Shown one piece after another: positions 8,601-18,567 of a stretch of 64,000 nucleotides of DNA. The position numbers and the translations under genes are program-made. The DNA is taken from positions 264,807-328,806 of the forward strand of contig JBHLNF010000003.1 in the NCBI GenBank assembly GCA_048937405.1, written 5' to 3'. The notes under the pieces are model-generated. The model did not search any database and was not told where the DNA came from. It saw nothing but the letters and a program-made list of their open reading frames with translations. How positions within the stretch are numbered: the stretch's first letter is position 1; each line of letters begins with the position of its first letter. The stretch is from Promethearchaeota archaeon (GTDB lineage: Archaea; Asgardarchaeota; Lokiarchaeia; Sigyniarchaeales; SOKP01).

Positions 8601-11138
8601 ATTTATAGTAATATACAATGGCTAAATGATACATCCTTTGAAAATAATTTAATTCCAAATCCTTTCTGGTTTGAATCCTATGGAAATATAGGGGATAATT
8701 CTGATGTTAGCGCAAAACTAGAATATACTGATAACTATGCAAATTTGACTGTTATAGGAGAAAACCACACTTTTTCGGATATCTCAGGAACTCCTCTTAT
8801 TAGTAATTGGATAAGAGTTAATAATCCTGACTATCCTGATCTTCCAGATGATTCTGATATTACTGCAGAAGGATGTTGGGTTACCCATTACTGGAATGAA
8901 AGATCTGATCAATCTCCGAGTGTTCATTGGGATCAAAATGTTACAGTAGATCATGATATGTCAGATTACATAATTACATCAGTAAACTTAAGTGTTCTAG
9001 TCAATGCTACGGTTCAAGGTAATAACCCAGAAGGAGGAGGAATTGATATTGATGGTGATCCTAGTGTTTTTGGAGATACATATGATTATGTTAAATTTTA
9101 TGTATTATTTTCTGACATACCTAAGAATAAAGTATATGAGGTTGCTTCTTATCAATCAACAGACTTGGGGAATGATAGCGCCGGAACATGGGATTATCTT
9201 TATGATACCTATTTGGATAATGTACCTCAAGATAGATTAATTGAATATCTCACTTCAGTCTTAAATACTGATAATAGAAACTTCACAATTACCTTAGGTA
9301 TAAGGTTATGGTGTGAAGATAGTTCAACTGATGATATAGATAATTGGGATGAGCTATTAATTAAAAGTTGTAATTTTTCATTTACATATGAGAAAAAAAT
9401 AAATCGATTTACAACTGTATCATGGAATCAAGATGCCCAGAAAATTAGCGATATCAGCCATTTTGAGAACGAAACGATAGTTCTTAATGAAGCAATACTT
9501 AATTTCACATATAGAATTGATCCCAATTGGACCCAATCATCAATTAATTCTAAATTAAGAATTCTTATAAATAATAATCCCCATACCGAGACAATTGAAT
9601 TAAATACTACTAATGGAGATTTCCAGCCAGCAAAAATCGAAGGATTTGATGTCACTCATCTAATAATCGATGATATTAATGTGTCAATACAACTTTTTCT
9701 AGCAGATGAATTTAGTTTAGATCATAATATTACTATCTCCATAGACGATGTTGAGCTTAATATCACTTACACAATAATTTCTCCTCCTCAACTAACTGAT
9801 TTACAGTTATTTTTAAATGGTGACCCTACCCCTAGTTTAGAATTATATGTAGGGCAGCAATTAAATATCACAGTGAAATATGTAAATAAAACGGGTGAGC
9901 ATATTCCCAACGCCACGATTTCACTTTCAGGTAATTTTACTGGAATTTTGGTAGAAAATAAATCATTGGAACAATATACTATCATTTTAGATACAGAAAT
10001 AGAAGACGTTGGTGCCAATTTCCTCACGATTATAGCTTATGCTGAAGATTATGAAATACAAGAAATATATCCTGCAATAACAATAAAGAAATATCCCTCG
10101 CAAGGTCTACACGTAATCTTAAATAATGAAAATGTGACTACTGATCCGCAATTTGAACTCAACCTTGATGAAGAATTAAATATCACAATAAAATATCTAG
10201 ATTCAATGGGCAATTTTATACCTAATGCTAGTGTAAGATTAATATCCGAAGGAATAACAAAAGATCTAAATGAAAGCTCAATATTCGATCAATATAGTAC
10301 TATTATTAATACATCTGATAGATTAAGAGTTGGTCTGAATTATTTGACAATTGAAGCTCAACACCAAATTTATGAAACTAACTCTTCAATTATAAGGCTT
10401 TATATTAGAAAATTTAACGTAGATATTTCTCCAGTATCAGGATCAAATAGAATAGAAATAAAAGCAGGTGGAGATATCAATTTAAGAATAAATTTGAATA
10501 ATACTGATATTGAAGAATTAGTGAAAGGTGCTATTGTTACTTTTGTTTGGGAGGAAGGAGATGGGATTCTAACGGATTCTGATAATGATGGTATTTATGA
10601 GGGAACTATTGAAGATATTCCAGAAGGTGCTTTTACTATTACTATCTCAGGTTTTGCAGGTGATGAATATGATATTCAAAATTATGATTTAACTATCATA
10701 GCAATAGGAGAATCCCATCCTGAAACAACATTATTTCATATTTTATTCATTCTGTCTGTTATATTAATAATTGGACTACTAAGTTATCTAATTGCTTATC
10801 AAACCTATTTGAAATATCCAAGACAAGTACGAAAAGTAAGAAAATATAGAAAAACTTTGAAACGTGAACGAGATCCTAGTGTTTTTATTATGGGGCGAGA
10901 AGATACCTTTAAAAAACTCTATAGGAAAAATTTAATTTTTCTTCATATTCCTAAATTGAAAAGCCCCCCTTCAAAATCCTCATCTCAGGAAAAAAAGAAG
11001 ACTTCTGATAAATTAGAAGCTGAAAAGGAAACCCAGAAGGTAGAATCTGAAAAATTAATTGAAAAGTCTCTAGAAAAGAAAGAAGAATTGGACAGAATAG
11101 TTGATAAATCACCAGATGAAAATTCCAAATCTGCTTAA
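5676..11138 (+). CDS. Large membrane-anchored surface glycoprotein made of two fused homologous halves
   Basis: 1820 aa with four hydrophobic segments. Duplicated motifs: SVHWD.N.T...DMSDY.ITSV.LS, YDYV.FYVL.SD, KSCNFSFTYEKKI, LTD..NDGIYE, YP.QVRKVRKYRKTL. Many NxS/T sequons. Confidence 0.85.
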   Translation: MTSKIIKRKDFSVFSIICMIMLSSLFILLIYTNQNIDSSFNDKNKESEYNNFRNPQMSTAKENLTAIWYKNPGFDDPIEPTWYSKFEGDQSDINATSGSGQANYEILGETRTYSRINGTPTSTYWKNVTNPERPALPDFNEIDNYGCHVSHTWIDPDDPSQMVSVHWDRNITLPVDMSDYFITSVSLSAEVNATVTTVGSGPLYRGGVDVAGDSIDTASPDFAKEYDYVRFYVLISDLEKNDVFEAAYNQTTNLGQDPVPGPSIPSISDTVIFTRPEESLISFLNTVLENDPNHESFTLSLGMRIFCADNGQGDRDTWDSLRFKSCNFSFTYEKKIDEFTTGSWCQDGDKITQVVNDTYVTINDAKLNFKYKINEDWTDLSPNSEIRIYINNNKLPEVLNLSKATTSFQLANNLGGFDVYDIINYDIYLNLSIQVYLAENFHLGTKKIISIDDVYLNISYTVEFPEYQTDIEVYFNNNNITANPIFEISAKTDLNITIKYPDEFGIHIPQAVVNLIGNLTATLIEDDLRGQYTIILNTEDLPIGQIYFNMLAHRINYEAQQLGALLIISKIETEKIQLFIDGEEKTTLPSVDVPLQKSLNITVKYKDTIGDHVPGATIQLVGDGVFENLDESLEFEQYSIILNTTLKFRLGLNDLSINAQKDRYEEQSAYPKITVRKINTLITPVSGSNNINIKPGQNADISVIINDADFNETIKGAIVTYTWEFGNGILTDDNNDGIYEEILENVPSGTHSVNITVYKSDIYNFESYEFIIYALRPKQDLLLFQILLIIGIIVSIGIGGYLYAYQKVLKYPKQVRKVRKYRKTLNKKHAPNISINDREKSFNSEYKQEVKNSSKFIRGKPSIKKPEESGKQKKKSEKSDIKLGSKNEVDSNIKMSDVNLNNQKSYHRKTLKRLRKLKFGILKLKKFQKFMSILIITILLFNFLIVSHYLYQNSKNSFYSQKDDFKDNLGISGQKIYSNIQWLNDTSFENNLIPNPFWFESYGNIGDNSDVSAKLEYTDNYANLTVIGENHTFSDISGTPLISNWIRVNNPDYPDLPDDSDITAEGCWVTHYWNERSDQSPSVHWDQNVTVDHDMSDYIITSVNLSVLVNATVQGNNPEGGGIDIDGDPSVFGDTYDYVKFYVLFSDIPKNKVYEVASYQSTDLGNDSAGTWDYLYDTYLDNVPQDRLIEYLTSVLNTDNRNFTITLGIRLWCEDSSTDDIDNWDELLIKSCNFSFTYEKKINRFTTVSWNQDAQKISDISHFENETIVLNEAILNFTYRIDPNWTQSSINSKLRILINNNPHTETIELNTTNGDFQPAKIEGFDVTHLIIDDINVSIQLFLADEFSLDHNITISIDDVELNITYTIISPPQLTDLQLFLNGDPTPSLELYVGQQLNITVKYVNKTGEHIPNATISLSGNFTGILVENKSLEQYTIILDTEIEDVGANFLTIIAYAEDYEIQEIYPAITIKKYPSQGLHVILNNENVTTDPQFELNLDEELNITIKYLDSMGNFIPNASVRLISEGITKDLNESSIFDQYSTIINTSDRLRVGLNYLTIEAQHQIYETNSSIIRLYIRKFNVDISPVSGSNRIEIKAGGDINLRINLNNTDIEELVKGAIVTFVWEEGDGILTDSDNDGIYEGTIEDIPEGAFTITISGFAGDEYDIQNYDLTIIAIGESHPETTLFHILFILSVILIIGLLSYLIAYQTYLKYPRQVRKVRKYRKTLKRERDPSVFIMGREDTFKKLYRKNLIFLHIPKLKSPPSKSSSQEKKKTSDKLEAEKETQKVESEKLIEKSLEKKEELDRIVDKSPDENSKSA

Positions 11139-11156
11139 TTAACTTCTTTTTTCTTA

Positions 11157-11717
11157 TCACTTTTGCATATCGCGTTTTAATAGAGCTAATATTATAGCAT
11201 CATGATATTCTCCTTGAAAAATTAAATATTGTTTTAAAATTCCTTCAATAATAAAGCCGCATTTTTCAAAAAGAGAAACTGATCTATGGTTTTTAATTGC
11301 AATATATGCTTCAAGTCTATTCATTTTTAGATGATTAAAAGCGATTTTTTTAATTAAATTTAAGGATCTCTCTCCCAATCCTTTACCCCAAAAGGATGGA
11401 AGTAGCCAAATTCCAATTTGAGTTCTTTTATGTTGCCAATTAATATTCCAAAGACTTATTGAGCCGATTTTAATTTTATCAATATTATGTAATTCGATAA
11501 TATAATTAAATTGAAGATATTTGTCCCAATATCTTAAATAATTTTTAATTAATCCTTTCGAATGCTCTAATGATTCTAATGGCCTCAAAGATAAGTAATT
11601 TGTCAAATCTTTTTCACTCAGACTATTGAAAAAGAAATCAGCATCGTTTTTCAAAACCTTTCTAAGAAAAAGGTTGTGATCTTCAATTACTTCAACTATT
11701 TCTAAGTTATTTTTCAT
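11157..11717 (-). CDS. GNAT N-acetyltransferase, RimJ/RimL family
   Basis: IGIWLLPSFWGKGLG and NHRSVSLFEKCGFIIEG motifs. Confidence 0.9.
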   Translation of the reverse strand: MKNNLEIVEVIEDHNLFLRKVLKNDADFFFNSLSEKDLTNYLSLRPLESLEHSKGLIKNYLRYWDKYLQFNYIIELHNIDKIKIGSISLWNINWQHKRTQIGIWLLPSFWGKGLGERSLNLIKKIAFNHLKMNRLEAYIAIKNHRSVSLFEKCGFIIEGILKQYLIFQGEYHDAIILALLKRDMQK

Positions 11718-11824
11718 ACTTGAACACTACAGAGTTCTATCTGTATAATAAAAAAAAGATATAATAAATCTTTCAAAAAAAAAGTTAAATAATTATTATT
11801 GAATAAATAGGGAAATTCGAGAGT

Positions 11825-12664
11825 TTACATTCCCCCAGTGAATTTTGGTTCTCTTTTTTGTAGAAAGGCTTGGACACCTTCATTAACATCTTTAGATCCC
11901 GCATTTACTCCAAATCCTAACATTTCGAATTGGTTTCCAATTTCTATAGGTACTTGGGTTCCAAACTTTACTGCTTTCTTAATTAATAATAGAGCAGTTG
12001 TAGCTGCATTTCCTAACAATGAAGATTTTTCATGAATAAGCTTTTCAAATTCTTCACCCTCGTCGCATAGATAACTTACATGTCCCCATTCAAGCATTTT
12101 GTCTGCTGGAACACGCTCTCCAAAATAGCACATATTTAGCGCTCGATTCACTCCTATACGTCTTGCCATTCTTTGAGTACCTCCATTTCCAGGGAAAATA
12201 CCTCTTGCTATTTCAGGAAATCCAAAAAATGATCTTTTAGTCGCAAGAATTATATCACAAACAAGAGTTAATTCACATCCTCCTCCAAAAGCATAACCAT
12301 CAACAGCTGCAATTACAGGTTTTGGAAATTGTTCAATCAAGCTATAATATCTGTGTTTTTGTTGCATAGAAATACTCCAATGAACTGGAATATTTGGTTT
12401 CATTCCTTTTCCCATAGGAGCAGCTAAATCAGCACCAGCAGAAAAAGCTGCTTTTTTTGTTACATTTTTTGTTCCTCGAATGACAATACATCTAACAGTA
12501 CTATCAAGCTCGAATTGTTCCATTGCTTCATAAATTTCTCTTAAAGTTTGCGTTGTTAGGGCATTTAATTTATCTGGTCTATTAATCGAAATTACAGCAT
12601 AATTACCTTCTTCATTCTTCTCTACTTCAACATGTTCAAATTTCTTTTCTGACATTCCTTCCAA
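11825..12664 (-). CDS. Enoyl-CoA hydratase/isomerase (crotonase)
   Basis: RPDKLNAL, FSAGADL, KPVIAAVDGYAFGGGCEL, FGFPE...PGNGGTQR. True start is probably ATG at 12655. Confidence 0.92.
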   Translation of the reverse strand: MEGMSEKKFEHVEVEKNEEGNYAVISINRPDKLNALTTQTLREIYEAMEQFELDSTVRCIVIRGTKNVTKKAAFSAGADLAAPMGKGMKPNIPVHWSISMQQKHRYYSLIEQFPKPVIAAVDGYAFGGGCELTLVCDIILATKRSFFGFPEIARGIFPGNGGTQRMARRIGVNRALNMCYFGERVPADKMLEWGHVSYLCDEGEEFEKLIHEKSSLLGNAATTALLLIKKAVKFGTQVPIEIGNQFEMLGFGVNAGSKDVNEGVQAFLQKREPKFTGGM

Positions 12665-12833
12665 CCTCTTTTATATTGTTTTTAAAAATTATCAATATCT
12701 TGATTAAAAGATAATTAGTAATATTTTTACTAAAATTAAAAATTTGCAAATTGAATTGTCATTTTAAATTTTTAGAATTTAGACAGAATCAAAAAAAGAA
12801 AGAAAAAAAAGAGGAATATTAGATTTGATTTTA

Positions 12834-14018
12834 TTATTTCATCTCTACCCATTTACCAGATTTTAATAATTCACATGGTTTAAAATATTCTTTTCCTGTA
12901 AGTTCAACAAGCTCATTTAAAACTTCAACTTGTCTCTGCCATGTATTTACATTTGCAGCCATAGGCCCAGGCATATTCATCCCTGCTTTTAACGTCTCAT
13001 CAATTACTTCCCAACTAGTTGTTACTCCTTCCTCTAAAACTCTGCATGCTTCATTTAACATAATTGCGATTGGATATTTCAACTGATAAATTTTCGCTTT
13101 ACCTGCTTTTTTATCAACTTGTGGTCTCCCTTTAGACCAATCTCGAAATCCTTGACCTGTTTTCATACCTAATTTTCCTTCATTATATAGTTTTGTTATT
13201 ACTTTTCCAGGCGCAAAATTAGGAGATAAGGTTTTAGAATAATACAATGCATTATGGTATATAACATCGATCCCAACAAAATCAGCTAGGATTGTCATTG
13301 ACATAGGACCACCTAGGCCATCATTATCAAGTTGGTCCCAAGAGAAACCCTCTTCAGCGGCTCTATCAAAAACATAACTTTGATAAATTGTAACAGGAGC
13401 AGTAACTCGATTGCAGATAAATCCAGGTCTATCCTTTAATACCTTTGCTATATATCTTTCTCCTCTAAGACAAGGTATCGATTTTGCAAATTCTATTCCT
13501 AAGTTAATGATTTCATCAGATGAATGCTCACTATAAATGACCTCAATCAATCTCATTAAAGGTACGGGATTAAAAAAGTGCATTCCAATACATTTATCTG
13601 GTCTCCCTGATTCTTTTCCAATATCAGTAATACTCATTGTAGAGGTGTTTGAGGCAAGTATACAGTGAGGTGGAGCATTATCACCGCAGGTTTTAAAAAC
13701 TTGTTGTTTAACATCCATTTTTTCAACAACTGCTTCAATCATTATATCTGCATCCTTTACTGCCGATGCTAAATCTGTTGATTTTTTACAATTTGCCATA
13801 AGATCAGCACCACTTTTTCCTTCTGGTAATGTCCCTTTTGCTTCGAGCTTTTTTATTCCCTCGTCAATTTTACTCCATCCTTTATCTACAAACTCATCTT
13901 TTATATCCACCATAGTAACATTATAACCAGCTAACAGCGCCATTTGACCAACTCCATGGCCCATTTGGCCAGCACCTACCACTACTAAATTTTTAATATT
14001 AACCATTTTTTTTTCCAC
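12834..14018 (-). CDS. 3-hydroxyacyl-CoA dehydrogenase
   Basis: VGAGQMGHG, IEAVVE, ASNTSTM, GMHFFNP, PGFICNR, with a duplicated C-terminal domain. True start is probably ATG at 14006. Confidence 0.93.
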   Translation of the reverse strand: MEKKMVNIKNLVVVGAGQMGHGVGQMALLAGYNVTMVDIKDEFVDKGWSKIDEGIKKLEAKGTLPEGKSGADLMANCKKSTDLASAVKDADIMIEAVVEKMDVKQQVFKTCGDNAPPHCILASNTSTMSITDIGKESGRPDKCIGMHFFNPVPLMRLIEVIYSEHSSDEIINLGIEFAKSIPCLRGERYIAKVLKDRPGFICNRVTAPVTIYQSYVFDRAAEEGFSWDQLDNDGLGGPMSMTILADFVGIDVIYHNALYYSKTLSPNFAPGKVITKLYNEGKLGMKTGQGFRDWSKGRPQVDKKAGKAKIYQLKYPIAIMLNEACRVLEEGVTTSWEVIDETLKAGMNMPGPMAANVNTWQRQVEVLNELVELTGKEYFKPCELLKSGKWVEMK

Positions 14019-14360
14019 CTATTTAGTTTTATTTTAAAATAAAATTTTTGTAAAGTTTAATTTAACATATGTTATATTTTTTTTTCAAATTTGATAATGA
14101 AATCGATTTTTTGAGTGAATTAATATACATATTCCATCAATTTCTCGACCATAGATTTAAAAACATTTTTTTTTTTTCATAAAATAGAATCTAGTTTGAT
14201 TTTAGGATATAACGTCCCAATAAAAAATAGTTTAGATTAATAAACAAATAGAATTTATTTATGAAACATCATAAATATCTTAGAATTAATTGTTTTAAGT
14301 ATAAAGTACAAATAATTATAAATTTCAATTTAAAGGTTAGGTTAAAAAGAGGTTTGAAAA

Positions 14361-15488
14361 ATAAAAATAGCTAAAATTTATGGGATTGATATCAAACTAC
14401 ATCTGTCAACTTTATTAATTATAGTTTTAGTTGGCTTTTATTCAACAAATTTTTATCTTTCCTTGATATCAAATGCAACCATTATCGATTTAATAATTGT
14501 TGGTTTGTTAAATGGCTTGATATTACTGTTTTCAATTTTAATCCATGAATTAAGCCATTCAATTATGGCACAAAAATATGGACTTGAAGTTAAAGAAATT
14601 GAATTATACCTCTTTGGAGGTGTTTCAAAAATAGAAGAAGAACCTAGAACACCTAAATCTGAAATGATTATTTCAATAGTTGGACCATTATCAAGTTTAT
14701 TAATTGGATTAGGATTGATTTTATTATTTTTTCTACCTATCAACATGCCCACTATTCTTTCCATTACATTATTATATTCTGGTATTACAAATATCGGATT
14801 AGGTTTTTTTAATCTTATACCTGCTTTTCCTATTGATGGTGGAAGAATATTAAGAGCTTATTTATGGAAAAGAAAAAATAATCTATTATCTGCTACGAAA
14901 TTCACTACCAAGGTAGGAATAGTTATTAGTTATGGATTTATGATTTATGGTCTTCTCCAGATGTTTACTTTTGACCTTTTTAGTGGATTTTGGTTAGTAC
15001 TTATTGGTTCTTTCTTGAACTCTTCTGCAAAGCAATCATATCAGCAAACTAAAAATGATTTTATTTTATCTAATATAACTGTCAAGGATATACTTAGCGT
15101 ACCATTCAAGGGGATACCAGTTGATAAATCTCTCAATCAAGCTATAAGAGATTATTTTATTCTTTATAAAAAATCATATTTCCCGGTAATTGATAATGAT
15201 AAGATAATAGGAATAATTTATTTTAAAGATATTAGAAACATACCGAACATAGAGCGAGAAAAATATAGTGTCGGTGAATTTATGAGAGGAATCTCTGAAT
15301 TTCAATATATTGAAGAAGATCTATCTGGAAAGGAGGCTTTGAAAAAATTAAATAAATTAAGCTATGTTCCTCCACTTTTAATCGTAGAAGAAAAAAGTAG
15401 TAAAAAAGTAATTGGATTTGTAGGAAAGAGTGATCTTATCTCATCTATAGAATTTTGGAGCCAGAATATAGACCAAAAGCAAACTTAA
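14361..15488 (+). CDS. Site-2 protease (M50 family) with C-terminal CBS pair
   Basis: HELSH zinc motif, LFGGVS, GPL, FNLIPAFPIDGGRIL, then CBS domains. The frame extends 34 codons upstream of the ORF-track start (IKIAKIYGIDIKLHLS, a typical M50 N-terminus), so the start is uncertain. Confidence 0.88.
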   Translation: MKIAKIYGIDIKLHLSTLLIIVLVGFYSTNFYLSLISNATIIDLIIVGLLNGLILLFSILIHELSHSIMAQKYGLEVKEIELYLFGGVSKIEEEPRTPKSEMIISIVGPLSSLLIGLGLILLFFLPINMPTILSITLLYSGITNIGLGFFNLIPAFPIDGGRILRAYLWKRKNNLLSATKFTTKVGIVISYGFMIYGLLQMFTFDLFSGFWLVLIGSFLNSSAKQSYQQTKNDFILSNITVKDILSVPFKGIPVDKSLNQAIRDYFILYKKSYFPVIDNDKIIGIIYFKDIRNIPNIEREKYSVGEFMRGISEFQYIEEDLSGKEALKKLNKLSYVPPLLIVEEKSSKKVIGFVGKSDLISSIEFWSQNIDQKQT

Positions 15489-15515
15489 TGGAATTATTTT
15501 ACTGCAACTTATAAT

Positions 15516-16037
15516 TCAGTAATAAAATATTAGCTCCTCAATACAAAGATCTTTTTCAACATCATTTTCTAGATAATTTATTTCTACTTTCTTTAATTTA
15601 CTACCTAATAATATTCTAAAAGCTGTTTCAAAATAACCTTTGTTTATTCTACAAAAAGCTTTACCAAATTTTAATTTTCCTCTATGTTTAATAGTTTCTC
15701 TTAGAAAACAATGGTTTTCAATAATTATTCTTACTTTTTCTGGGTATTGTTGAACTTCCCGAACCTGTAATGAATAAAATTCTTTAAGTTCATTCATTAA
15801 GATTTCAAGAATTTCTAGAATATCAAATTCTTCCTTTTTGTACAGGTTTTTAATTCTTTTTGCTATAATTTCACCCGGACCAGCACCTATTTGGTACAAT
15901 ATAGAAAGTAGACTATTTCTTCCAAAAATATCGAGTATTTTATAAACCATTGATTCTGAAATAATTTCGAAGCCCTTTAAAGGTTCAATATTCGAAAGAT
16001 CATTTTTAATTCTTATATTATATTGTTCTATATCCAT
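15516..16037 (-). CDS. V4R/Bet3-like small ligand-binding domain protein
   Basis: ILYQIGAGPGE helix, NHCFL, FCRINKGYFETA and a terminal Cys fit the V4R fold pattern. Confidence 0.6.
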   Translation of the reverse strand: MDIEQYNIRIKNDLSNIEPLKGFEIISESMVYKILDIFGRNSLLSILYQIGAGPGEIIAKRIKNLYKKEEFDILEILEILMNELKEFYSLQVREVQQYPEKVRIIIENHCFLRETIKHRGKLKFGKAFCRINKGYFETAFRILLGSKLKKVEINYLENDVEKDLCIEELIFYY

Positions 16038-16141
16038 ATGAAGATCCTCTAATTCCGATAAATAAGATTAATAATAAAAGCAATTAATTTTTTAAAAATT
16101 TAATTTTTTAAAAAAAAAAGTATATTCATAAAGAATATATT

Positions 16142-16900
16142 TTATAATATTGCTGTTTTTCGTTGAAACAGAAGAATACCAATGATTATCAATACTAATG
16201 CCCATATAGCTATTAAAATTAAATTTAATCCAACCAGATCAAATGCAATACTGCCATCAAGCATTACAGCACTTAGTGCTTCTCTTGCTAGAGATGTCGG
16301 TATAAAATCTATAATTGGTTCACCAGTTAATCCACCTAAAAACTGGAGAGGTAAAATAATAAACCATGCAAGTCCCGCCGCAGAACCAGAAGTTTTCACA
16401 ACAGAGGCAAGTAATAAACCAAATCCAAGAGACATTATTGCTACTAAAAATGGAATGAAGAATAATAAGAAGATATTTGCATTCGAATCGAAGTGTGCTC
16501 CGAATAATAAACTCAGCATTAGTATAATAATAATTTGAATTGCTGCTACAATTAGTTGTGAAAACATCCCTGAGATTAATATTGCTGAACGTGAAACAGG
16601 TGTAGTTATTAACCGTTGTAAGGTTCCTGATTGTTTTTCCTCAGCAAAATGACTAGCTAATTGTGAAATTAATACAACTGGAGCCAAGATTATAACACCT
16701 GGTGCAAAATATTGGTAAATTGTAAGTGTGGTACCTTCAACAAGATCATCTCCATATGCAAATTTTAATAAAAGTATGAATACAAACGGATAACCAAAAA
16801 TCCATAATAACTGAAAAATTTCGCGAAACATTGATTTAAAATTTTTAACAGTCAAAAACCATATTTGTTTTAAGGATTTGGGTTCAAAATGTTGCTCCAT
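16142..16900 (-). CDS. ABC-2 type exporter permease
   Basis: Six TM segments; EEKQSGTLQRLITTPVSR motif; coupled to the upstream ATPase. Confidence 0.92.
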   Translation of the reverse strand: MEQHFEPKSLKQIWFLTVKNFKSMFREIFQLLWIFGYPFVFILLLKFAYGDDLVEGTTLTIYQYFAPGVIILAPVVLISQLASHFAEEKQSGTLQRLITTPVSRSAILISGMFSQLIVAAIQIIIILMLSLLFGAHFDSNANIFLLFFIPFLVAIMSLGFGLLLASVVKTSGSAAGLAWFIILPLQFLGGLTGEPIIDFIPTSLAREALSAVMLDGSIAFDLVGLNLILIAIWALVLIIIGILLFQRKTAIL

Positions 16901-17847
16901 TAATCTCTCAACCTCCTACCAGTTAAATCAATAAATACGTCCTCTAAAGTATTTTGACGAACCGAAATGTCTTCCATTTTCACTTTAATTGTATCCATAA
17001 TCTCAGAAACACGCCTTAACCCATCAAGTGCATTCAGAATTATCCTATGTTTACCAACTGGTTTTCCCCATTGCACAAAATCTAATTTTGTAGCTAGTGC
17101 AATAATTTCATCCCGTTGATTTATATCTTTAATTTTAAATTCTAAAATATCTCCCTCACCTAATTTTCCTTTTAATTCATTAGGAGTACCTTGAGCTATA
17201 ATTTTTCCATAATCAATTATGATTAATTCATCTGAAAGATCATCTGCTTCTTCCATACTATGTGTCGTAAGAATAATAGTAGACTCTTTTTCTTGAAAAT
17301 CTCGTATAAAATCCCAAACAACTCTTCGGGACTGAGGATCGAGACCTGCTGTAGGTTCATCAAAAAATAGTAATTCAGGTTCATGAATTACCGCCATTAA
17401 TACATTAACTCGTCGTTTCATTCCACCAGAATAATTTTTAACTAAATCATTTGAACGATCCAACAAATTCATTTTTCCTAACAAGTCATCTGTTCTTTCT
17501 TTGTAATCTTTTTTTGACATTCCATGCATTTGGGCAATTAAATGAATATTTTCTCTAGCATTCAAACGTGGATAAAGTACAAGCTCTTGAGGACACACAC
17601 CTATACGTTTTTTTATTTCTAAAGCCTCTTTTTTAATATCAAAGCCTAGTACTGATGCATCACCACTAGTTGGGTGGAGTATTGTCGATAATATTTTTAT
17701 TGTTGTTGTTTTACCTGCCCCATTTGGTCCAAGAACTCCAAATAATGAGCCTTTTGAAATCCGTAGATCTATTCCATCAACAGCATGAACATCCCCAAAA
17801 TATTTTTTTAGATTTCTTGTTTCAATAGCTAAATCCAAAATTATCAC
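16900..17847 (-). CDS. ABC exporter ATP-binding protein (DrrA/NodI-like)
   Basis: GPNGAGKTT, YSGGMKRR, FFDEPTAGLDP, TTHSMEEAD, LEDVFIDLTG. Confidence 0.95.
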   Translation of the reverse strand: MIILDLAIETRNLKKYFGDVHAVDGIDLRISKGSLFGVLGPNGAGKTTTIKILSTILHPTSGDASVLGFDIKKEALEIKKRIGVCPQELVLYPRLNARENIHLIAQMHGMSKKDYKERTDDLLGKMNLLDRSNDLVKNYSGGMKRRVNVLMAVIHEPELLFFDEPTAGLDPQSRRVVWDFIRDFQEKESTIILTTHSMEEADDLSDELIIIDYGKIIAQGTPNELKGKLGEGDILEFKIKDINQRDEIIALATKLDFVQWGKPVGKHRIILNALDGLRRVSEIMDTIKVKMEDISVRQNTLEDVFIDLTGRRLRD

Positions 17848-17949
17848 TATTATTAAATTAAAATTAGATAGAATTATTTTTAATTCAATAAAATATAAAT
17901 CTTTTTACAGATTAAGACCTAATAATTTAAAAAACCAAATAGCAGTGAT

Positions 17950-18507
17950 CTACTTAGATATATTCTGCAGAACTTTTTCAAATTCATTATAATCTGCCTC
18001 AATCTCAAGACAAATGGATAAATTTCTTAAGTTTTGATTTTTTTCTACAAGGAACTTTTTCATTGTAGGAAGCATTGTTTTAGCGCATAGTTTAGAAGTG
18101 ATTCCTCTCATTTCTATAGAGATAGGAGGAAATACAATCGAAGTAATACCTATCTCGTCGGCTAAAAGTAATGAGTTCCAAGTGGCCAACATTAATTTTT
18201 TCCCTTCGTTTCCTTGTCCTGGCCTTGGACCATTAGTATGTATTATATATCTTATAAAATCACCCCCAGAGGTAAGTATAGATTTTCCTACCGAGACTTG
18301 AATTATTTTATTAATTATTTTATTACATTCAACTTGTACCTGAGTTCCAGCTTTTTTTAAAACTTTACACCTTAGATCACCACTAGGGAGGAGCCTACTA
18401 TTAGTAGGAATCACAATTGCGTCATATTGTTCAATATTGGTTAAATCCCCTATAAAAATTTCAATAATCGAATTGTTAATAGTTATTTGATGCATTAAAA
18501 ATATCAC
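17950..18507 (-). CDS. Macrodomain protein (degenerate ADP-ribose-binding motifs)
   Basis: GDLT...DAIVIPTN, IIHTNGP, SIVFPPIS. Probable start is ATG at 18495, after a GGTGAT SD. Confidence 0.85.
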   Translation of the reverse strand: MIFLMHQITINNSIIEIFIGDLTNIEQYDAIVIPTNSRLLPSGDLRCKVLKKAGTQVQVECNKIINKIIQVSVGKSILTSGGDFIRYIIHTNGPRPGQGNEGKKLMLATWNSLLLADEIGITSIVFPPISIEMRGITSKLCAKTMLPTMKKFLVEKNQNLRNLSICLEIEADYNEFEKVLQNISK

Positions 18508-18567
18508 CTAATTAGATATATTTAAATTTTAGGTTTATTAAAAAGAATCAAATACAGTTATTACTAA

